From: an uncultured Planctomycetota bacterium
GTDB taxonomy: Bacteria; Planctomycetota; Planctomycetia; Isosphaerales; Isosphaeraceae
Reading direction: 5' to 3'
Assembly (NCBI GenBank): GCA_963845755.1
Contig: CAWJTV010000019.1
Location: 224,001 to 288,000, forward strand
DNA length: 64,000 nucleotides
Shown piece after piece: positions 57,281 to 64,000 of this stretch; position 1 is the first letter of the stretch, and the number at the start of each line of letters is the position of its first letter. Both the position numbers and the translations under genes were made by a program. The notes beneath the pieces were generated by a model. That model ran no database searches and was not told where the DNA came from. It worked only from the letters and a program-made list of their open reading frames with translations.

Positions 57281-57421
57281 ATGAAACGAAGCCAACCGCG
57301 CCGGCTGACGATCACGGAACCGATGAAACGAAGCCAACCGCACCGGCTGACGATCACGAAAATGATGAAACGAAGCCAATCGCACCGTTCAACTGGCGCA
57401 AAATCGGCGAAACGAAGCCAC
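57281..57421. repeat. 42-bp tandem repeat (about 3.3 copies) with invariant GAAACGAAGCCA core
   Basis: Units start at 57281, 57323, 57365 and 57407. Confidence 0.85.
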
Positions 57422-57827
57422 AATTATGAGGTTTGGGAAAAGTTTGCCGGTTATACTGGGATTATGGATGGGTGCATACTCTCTAGATTCTTTCGGCTTG
57501 CCCCGTGGGTCGTATCAGGCGGGAAACGACGGCACGACTGTGCGGAAAGTATCGATTATCCCGAGCCAAACTTTTTCGGCGACACGAGTAATGCACGATG
57601 GAACGTTTGTGCTGAAAACAACGATTTCGCAGATCAGGGGATATATCCCGGACGCCTTGCGGCACTCGGAGCCGCTCCCCATAGCGCGGCGACGTACCCG
57701 GACCGCCGGGACGAAGGCGGAGTTGGGTCCGGCTCGTCGAGGACAGTCCGACCTTCCATCTCGCCCCATTTCATGACAGGCTATTGAGGTCATCGGACAA
57801 CCGATCTCTTCGACGGAGTATTCCAAC

Positions 57828-58823
57828 ATGACCACACCAATCCGCGTCGCGATCACGGGGGCAGGGGGCCAGATCGGCTACGCTCTGCTGTTCCGGATCG
57901 CCTCGGGCGCGGCCTTCGGCCCCGACCAGCCGGTGGCGCTCCAGATGCTCGAGATCACCCCGGCGCTACCGGCCTTGAACGGGACGATCATGGAGCTGGA
58001 GGATTGCGCCTTTCCGCTCCTGGCCGATGTCACGGCCAGCGATAAGGCCGAGGAGGCGTTCGCAGGCGCCGACTGGGTGATCCTCGTTGGCGGCCTGCCC
58101 CGGAAGGACGGCATGTCGCGCGCCGACCTGATCCGGGCCAATAGCGGCATCTTCACCGGACAGGGCCAGGCAATCAACGCCGCCGCCGGTCCGAATGTGC
58201 GGGTCCTCACCGTGGCCAACCCGTGCAATACCAACTGTCTGATCGCGCGGTCCCACGCGCCGAAGGTCCCCGCCGAGCGCTGGTTCGCGATGACCCGACT
58301 CGACCAGAACCGCGCCAAGTCCCTGCTGGCCAGGAAGGCGGGCGTGCCCGTCGGCGCGGTGACCTGCATGACCATCTGGGGCAACCACAGCGATACGCAG
58401 TACCCCGATTACAAGAACGCCCGGATTCAGGGCAAGCCCGCGACCGAGGTGATCTCCGATACGGCCTGGTTCGCAGAAACCTACATCCCGACCGTGGCCA
58501 AGCGCGGATCGGCCGTGATCAAGGCCCGAGGCGCGTCGTCGGCCGCCTCCGCGGCCAACGCCATCATCGACAGCGTCCGCTCGATCGTGTCGCCGACCCC
58601 CGCCGGGGATTGGTTCAGCGCGGCGGTCGTCTCGGAGGGAAGCTACGGCATCCCCGCCGGCCTCGTCTACAGCTACCCGCTCGTCTCCAAGGGGAACGCG
58701 GCCTGGTCGGTCGTACCCGGTCTGCCGATCGACGGCGAAGCCCGACAGCGGCTCGATGCCTCCGCCGCCGAACTGGTCTCGGAGCGCGATGCCGTCAAGG
58801 AACTCCTGGGGTCGGCCGGATAG
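57828..58823 (+). CDS. mdh: Malate dehydrogenase
   Basis: [60 protein letters not shown]. Confidence 0.95.
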   Translation: MTTPIRVAITGAGGQIGYALLFRIASGAAFGPDQPVALQMLEITPALPALNGTIMELEDCAFPLLADVTASDKAEEAFAGADWVILVGGLPRKDGMSRADLIRANSGIFTGQGQAINAAAGPNVRVLTVANPCNTNCLIARSHAPKVPAERWFAMTRLDQNRAKSLLARKAGVPVGAVTCMTIWGNHSDTQYPDYKNARIQGKPATEVISDTAWFAETYIPTVAKRGSAVIKARGASSAASAANAIIDSVRSIVSPTPAGDWFSAAVVSEGSYGIPAGLVYSYPLVSKGNAAWSVVPGLPIDGEARQRLDASAAELVSERDAVKELLGSAG

Positions 58824-58878
58824 TCATTGGATCATCGCTCATTGACAATTCGGTCGTAATTGCGGAATGGCCATGGAT

Positions 58879-60702
58879 TCAGCGGAGCGGCCAGGCGCCG
58901 GGGCCAGTCCCGGCGCGGGCGTTGGGGTCCAGGCCGATGATCCGGCTGCGCGGCCGGCTGCGATCGACGATGACCGGTCCGGATTCGGTCGTCTCGGCAG
59001 ACCCGTGGTGGCCGACGGTATCCACCGCCTCGACCCGGATGTGAAATCGGGTCGGCACGGTCGTCGGCACGGCCCAGATGAAGCGGCCCGTGTTCTCCTG
59101 CCCCTCGGCCAGCGGCTGCCAGCCCGAACCGGCGAGGTCTGGGCGCCAGGAGAGGGAGACCGATTTCGGGGCCAGATGCAGGTCGTTCGCCCGCCAGGTG
59201 ATCGCCACCTTGCCGGAGTTCACGCCCGTGCCGACCTGCACCGGGTCGAGTTGAACGGCCGGTGCCGTGGTGTCGATCTCGACCCAGGTCTGTGGTGGAT
59301 CGCCGGGTGCAGGGGGCTGATCGCCCAGGCCCGACGCCGATCGCGCCACCAGGCAGATGCCGTAGGTCCCCTCACCTCCGAGGTCAACTTCGATGGGTGA
59401 AGCGCGGTCGGGGTCGTCGCTGCGGCGGATCCAGGTCCGCCCGCCGTCCTGGGTGATCCAGAGTTCGAGCGTGGCGGGGCCATTGGGTCCTGCGTCGTCA
59501 ACCGCATACTGGAGCTTGAACTTTGGGCTATCCACCAACAGCGAACGGGAGCCGCCGCCGGCCCCGCCATGGGCTGTTGGCGGGGCGGAGGCAGCCAGCG
59601 CGCCGGGGTTGCCCGGCGTGCCGTTGGCCACCGGCACTGCCCCGAATCCGCCCGGGGGTGTCACACCGCCGGCCGCGGGGAAGAGGTTCGGCGAATCCGG
59701 CGATGGGATCTCGGCCGCGGGTGCCGGCGAAGGACTGGCTGGCGGCGGGCCGGGGTCGCGGACCCAATCCGGAGTGGTGGGACGAGGCCGGCCGGGCCCC
59801 GTGCTCGCCCGCCCGCGGGGCCGCATCGCACGCTCCGATATCGCTTCCGGTCGCGGGGCGGACTCGCCGTCCACCGGGGTGAAGTTCGGTCCGGCCGTGA
59901 TCCGGGGTTGGCCCGGACTGGAGATCTGCTCCACCATCGGAAGGCTCGGGTCCTCCAGCTCGTCGGGGGCGGAGTCCGGCGGGCTCGCCGTCCCTTCGGG
60001 TAGGTCAACCACCTCGGTGGTCACGTTCCCCGCCCGGTCGCCGACGGACATCCGGACTTTCAACGCTTCGGCCGTGCCGGCGTCCCACAACTGCCGGCCG
60101 GCCAGTTTCACCGGGCGATGCAGCGGCACGCGTCGCCACACGCCCACTCCCTCAATCTGGTACTCGAGCACCAGCAACTTGGGGTCGAGGTTCTGGTCCT
60201 TGACCTGCCAGCGCACGGCGGCCATGCTCGCGCACCGACCGTCCGGCTCCAGGAACAGCGAAGGAGGCGTCGTGTCCACGACAACTTTCAGGTTCGGCTC
60301 GACGGTCGCGTCCAAGGACGGGGAGACATTGCCGTCAACGGTGAGCGTCTGGACCGCGAACCAGTACTCGCCGTCATGCTTGGCCCGGAAGGAAAAGGCG
60401 GGGTGGTCCGGGAACGTCTTGCTCACCGGCTTCCATTGATATTCCGAGCCCTCCGAGACCAGGAGAGTGACCTCCTTGATCCGGTTCTTCGCCGCGGCGG
60501 GCAGCGTGATCGGGATCCGGAAGTTGCGCCCCTTGTAGTAGATCAGCGGCACCTCGGCCGGTTGCGACGACGGCGGCTCGGCCGCAGCCCGGCTGGGCCG
60601 GACCACCACGCTCGCCACGCCCAGCATGCTGAATCCCAGGACCCAGGCCATCATGCCGGGTGTGATCCGCATACGGGACATGTTCCGCCGCATACGCCTC
60701 AC
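58879..60702 (-). CDS. Exported hypothetical protein with beta-sandwich domains and a Pro-rich linker
   Basis: Signal-like N-terminus; DGEYWFAV, VDTTPP, LWITQDGGRTW, GEGTYG repeats. Confidence 0.65.
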   Translation of the reverse strand: MRRMRRNMSRMRITPGMMAWVLGFSMLGVASVVVRPSRAAAEPPSSQPAEVPLIYYKGRNFRIPITLPAAAKNRIKEVTLLVSEGSEYQWKPVSKTFPDHPAFSFRAKHDGEYWFAVQTLTVDGNVSPSLDATVEPNLKVVVDTTPPSLFLEPDGRCASMAAVRWQVKDQNLDPKLLVLEYQIEGVGVWRRVPLHRPVKLAGRQLWDAGTAEALKVRMSVGDRAGNVTTEVVDLPEGTASPPDSAPDELEDPSLPMVEQISSPGQPRITAGPNFTPVDGESAPRPEAISERAMRPRGRASTGPGRPRPTTPDWVRDPGPPPASPSPAPAAEIPSPDSPNLFPAAGGVTPPGGFGAVPVANGTPGNPGALAASAPPTAHGGAGGGSRSLLVDSPKFKLQYAVDDAGPNGPATLELWITQDGGRTWIRRSDDPDRASPIEVDLGGEGTYGICLVARSASGLGDQPPAPGDPPQTWVEIDTTAPAVQLDPVQVGTGVNSGKVAITWRANDLHLAPKSVSLSWRPDLAGSGWQPLAEGQENTGRFIWAVPTTVPTRFHIRVEAVDTVGHHGSAETTESGPVIVDRSRPRSRIIGLDPNARAGTGPGAWPLR

Positions 60703-61070
60703 GTGACTCGTCCCCCCACCGACAGGTTAACGTGCACCCTGCCGGCGCACCGCTCACGCGGCTTCCCGGATCGCTCGCCTTGCGATTTTCGACCGCCGGC
60801 CTTTTCTGGCCGTCTTGACGCGAAATCAGGGCGCGGGCCGGGAGTTATGCCGTGTTTATCGACTTTGATTCCTACCAGCCTTGAAGCGAATCGGCCGAAG
60901 CGTGCGATTGAAGGGGTTGCGCTGGGTCGAACATTGACCCTCTCAAGGAGCTGGATAATCCAAATAGTCTAGAGAATATTTCGGAAAATCATTAAAAATG
61001 GGCAATCTGGAAAAAGGTGGGTCTCCTCATTGCCAGAACTGCGAAACACCCTGTATCGAATGACCAGTCG

Positions 61071-61721
61071 CTATTGACTACTCCGGAACCGGCGAATGAT
61101 GGCTGTATACTGTTCGGCAAGGTTGCGAATGCGCGCGAAGTCTCCGGCGGCGATGGCCTTGGGATCGACCAGGGCGCTGCCGACCCCCAGGCAGCATCCG
61201 CCGGCCTTGAGGAAGTTCTCGGCGGTCGTCAAATCGACGCCGCCGGTCGGCATAAGTCGGATTTGCGGGAGCGGGCCGCGGATGGCTTTGAGGTAGGCGG
61301 GGCCGCCGACATCGGCCGGGAAGACTTTGACGATATCGGCGCCCGCTTCCCAGGCGGTGAGTATCTCGGTCGGTGTGAAGGCGCCGGGCATGACGGCCTT
61401 GTCATAACGGCGGCAGAGCCGGATCACGTCGAGATTCAGGGTCGGCGCAACAAGGTACTCGGCACCGGCCAGGAGTGCGGCGCGGGCCGTCTCCGGATCC
61501 AGCACGGTACCGGCCCCGAGCACGATCGCATCGCCCACTTCGCGGCGGACCTGGCGGATCACCTCGATCGCATCGGGCACGGTGAACGTCACCTCGGCCG
61601 CGCCGACGCCGCCTTCGGCCAGAGCCTGAACGACCTTGACCAGCGATGCGCTCGACTCGGAGCGCACTACGGCCACGATGCCCCCGTCCACGATTCGCTT
61701 CAGCGTCGATTCACGATTCAT
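61071..61721 (-). CDS. eda: KDPG/KHG aldolase
   Basis: IVAVVR, AEVTF, GAGTVL, PGAFTPTEI, VKVFPA, MPTGGV. Confidence 0.92.
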   Translation of the reverse strand: MNRESTLKRIVDGGIVAVVRSESSASLVKVVQALAEGGVGAAEVTFTVPDAIEVIRQVRREVGDAIVLGAGTVLDPETARAALLAGAEYLVAPTLNLDVIRLCRRYDKAVMPGAFTPTEILTAWEAGADIVKVFPADVGGPAYLKAIRGPLPQIRLMPTGGVDLTTAENFLKAGGCCLGVGSALVDPKAIAAGDFARIRNLAEQYTAIIRRFRSSQ

Positions 61722-62006
61722 CGCGATCGCCCTCGAACCCCGGCCGTAGTTGATCTCCTGTCTCGAACTGTAATGGCCCGAGGATTGCATCGTCAAGGAT
61801 CATCATCAGTTCAACGACTCACACCATCTGCCATGTGAACCGGAGTTTGCCTTGCCAATCCTGCCTCCTCCTCTGGTTTTCTCCGACTCCACGGCTTATT
61901 CTCGTAGGAGCGGGAAACCGAACTAAAGAAATCACCACTCCTCAAAATCGTGCGAGTCTGCTATCAATCTCGGATGAGTTGCGTAATGATTCGGAGCCAT
62001 CACGCG

Positions 62007-63536
62007 ATGCCTGATGACTTGAAGGCCGGGCCAACGCACCGCTCGTCGCGCGAGTTCCTCGCGGCCCTCGAGCGGTCGGGAGTCCTGCCCGATGCGCAAT
62101 GGCGGGCAGTGCGGGACCGATTCGTTCCCCGGGCGGAACGTGAGGATTCCTTGGCCCTGGCTCATCAGCTCATCGAGGAAGGGACGCTCACCGAGTTCCA
62201 GGCCCGTCGGCTCTTGACGGGGAAGAAAAGCCTGTCCTTCGGCCGCTATGCCTTGCTCGACCATCTGGGTCAGGGGGCGCGGGGCCGGGTCTTCAAGGCG
62301 CGGCACCGCCTGATGGATCGCGTGGTCGCACTCAAGGTATTCTTGCCCGAGAGTACGTTGAGCAAGACGGCCATCTCCCGGTTCGTCCGCGAGATGAAGA
62401 TCGTCGGGCTCCTCGACCATCCCAACGTGGTCCGCGCCATAGATGCCGACGTGCACGAGGGCTGTCCCTACATTGTCATGGAGTACCTGGAAGGGGACGA
62501 CCTGGAGCATGTCTTTGCACGACGCGGGCCATTACCGCCGGAAGAGGTCGTCGCGTACATGGCGCAGGCCGCCCAGGGCCTGGCTCACGCGCACGAGAGG
62601 GGCGTGATCCACCGCGATGTCAAGCCGACGAATGTGTTCCTCGTCAAGACCGGGATCGTGAAGGTGCTCGACCTGGGATTCGGGGAACTGGTTGGGATGG
62701 CGGGGCAAGCGGGCAACGTCTTCGATACCGACGAAGGCATCGTGGTCGGGACGACCGATTTCATGTCGCCCGAGCAGGTCAAACGGAATGCGATCGATGT
62801 CCGGACGGACCTCTTCAGTCTCGGATGCACGATGTACCGCCTGCTCACCGGCTGCTATGCCTTCCCCGGCGTGACCCGAGAGGATCGCCTCATCAAGCGG
62901 ATCCGGGAGGGCCATGTCCCGATCACGGATGTCCGGCCGGGCCTCTCCTATCGCCTGGTTGCGGTCGTCAACCGACTGCTCGCGATCCGCCCCGACGATC
63001 GCTTCCACTCGGCCGCCGAAGCGGCGGAAGTCCTCGAGGCGTTGTTGCCGCCGTCGGACCGATCGGAGCGCGGGACGGGCGCGAAGCCCGTGGCGAGACG
63101 GCCCGGTAGCGGCGGGGCGCCTCTTCTCGCGGAGCCCGAAGCACCTCTGGACTGGTCGATGATCGAATCGGCACTCCGTCCGACCGGTCACGGTGCCCGG
63201 GAAACCCGGCGCCTCGTCGACAGGGAGGAGCCACAACCGACCTCCACCAAGGGACTCTCGGCCCATCGCAAGGCCCTCGAAGCGGAGGGCATCGAATCCG
63301 GTCGAGAAGTGCATGAGCAATACCGCAACCAGTTGATCCAGATGAACCGGGTGACGGCCGAGCTCCACTCCATGGGGCCCAAGGATGAAGAGCCCACCGA
63401 GACCGCAACCTGGTTAGAGCGAATCGGGGAGAAGATCGGCGACTTCCTGGCGGAGCCGAGCGCAGGGCAGATCGTCATCATCATCCTGCTGGTCTTCCTC
63501 ATCCTCGCGCTGGCCATGGCCGCCGCGCTCGGATAG
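62007..63536 (+). CDS. Hanks-type Ser/Thr protein kinase with C-terminal TM
   Basis: LGQGARGRV, VALK, HRDVKPTN, DLG, GTTDFMSPEQ, DLFSLG. Confidence 0.9.
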   Translation: MPDDLKAGPTHRSSREFLAALERSGVLPDAQWRAVRDRFVPRAEREDSLALAHQLIEEGTLTEFQARRLLTGKKSLSFGRYALLDHLGQGARGRVFKARHRLMDRVVALKVFLPESTLSKTAISRFVREMKIVGLLDHPNVVRAIDADVHEGCPYIVMEYLEGDDLEHVFARRGPLPPEEVVAYMAQAAQGLAHAHERGVIHRDVKPTNVFLVKTGIVKVLDLGFGELVGMAGQAGNVFDTDEGIVVGTTDFMSPEQVKRNAIDVRTDLFSLGCTMYRLLTGCYAFPGVTREDRLIKRIREGHVPITDVRPGLSYRLVAVVNRLLAIRPDDRFHSAAEAAEVLEALLPPSDRSERGTGAKPVARRPGSGGAPLLAEPEAPLDWSMIESALRPTGHGARETRRLVDREEPQPTSTKGLSAHRKALEAEGIESGREVHEQYRNQLIQMNRVTAELHSMGPKDEEPTETATWLERIGEKIGDFLAEPSAGQIVIIILLVFLILALAMAAALG

Positions 63537-63570
63537 TCGCGTTTGGCGAGAATCGTCGCGGTACCCGATC

Positions 63571-64000
63571 TCACGGCCGACGGCTTAGGAACGTGACGGG
63601 CAGCAGCGGGCAACCCGGCTTGGGCTCGACCAGCGAATAAGCCTCAGCGAATTCCACGCCGCATTCGGTTCCGCGTCGACGGTGCATTCGCTCATGGGCC
63701 TGCCAAATCGCCACTGGCTCCTGGCTCTTGTGCTGATCGAGCGCCTTGTGCTTGACCTCCCGGACCGGCCCGATGTCGAGATACAGATCCGGCCGGAAAG
63801 CCAGCGTCTGCTGGTCGGTCATGACCTCGAAGAAATACAAGTTCCAACCGCCTTTGCGCTGATAGCACTGCCAGACGAGCGAGCTGACGGCGTGATGGTT
63901 CGGGTGGGTATCCAGCGGCCAGTGGGTCACCACAATGTCGGGCTTGACTTCGTCGAGCCATGAGGAGATCGCCCGCAGCGTCGCCTCATCGGCGACGAGC
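63571..64000 (-). CDS. PIG-L/LmbE family deacetylase (5' end off-window)
   Basis: KPDIVVTHWPLDTHPNH, YLDI...K..AL..HKSQ, FAEAY. Confidence 0.8.
   Translation of the reverse strand, partial: LVADEATLRAISSWLDEVKPDIVVTHWPLDTHPNHHAVSSLVWQCYQRKGGWNLYFFEVMTDQQTLAFRPDLYLDIGPVREVKHKALDQHKSQEPVAIWQAHERMHRRRGTECGVEFAEAYSLVEPKPGCPLLPVTFLSRRP

Noticed and set aside
57281..57421. Second CRISPR array, or real proteins 56900..57787 and 56933..57385
   Set aside because: The intervening sequences resemble each other and the constant part is only 12 bp; the ORFs show no recognisable motifs.

Overview
High-GC bacterial genomic window. It is most consistent with a planctomycete (Isosphaerales-like), judged from LExR-type planctomycete extracellular leaders, PVC-type CxxCH heme proteins, a DUF1800/DUF1501 pair and an extended ECF sigma factor; the taxon is an inference. 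Many genes are split by single-base indels, typical of an unpolished long-read assembly, so I rebuilt several CDSs across frames by eye. The left half (1-36.5 kb) holds surface and metabolic genes, a Panacea toxin-antitoxin pair, an ABC-ATPase/TOPRIM pair and three inverted-repeat cassettes, one carrying a GxxExxY gene. The core (36.6-56.9 kb) is a type III-B (Cmr) CRISPR-Cas locus. On the minus strand it has a 54-repeat array, cas2, a Cas6-RT-Cas1 fusion, and an ancillary operon of two different Csx3/Crn3-family genes, a P-loop NTPase and a predicted 4-TM membrane protein, headed by a degenerate mini-array with a duplicated spacer. Divergently on the plus strand lie an RHH/RelE-ParE-like pair, cmr1-cas10(no HD)-cmr3-6 and a second cas6. 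I see no recognisable CARF/SAVED/NucC/CorA effector, so the Csx3-NTPase-4TM module is the best candidate for an undescribed system. The right end carries mdh, a secreted protein, eda, a Ser/Thr kinase and a partial PIG-L deacetylase.
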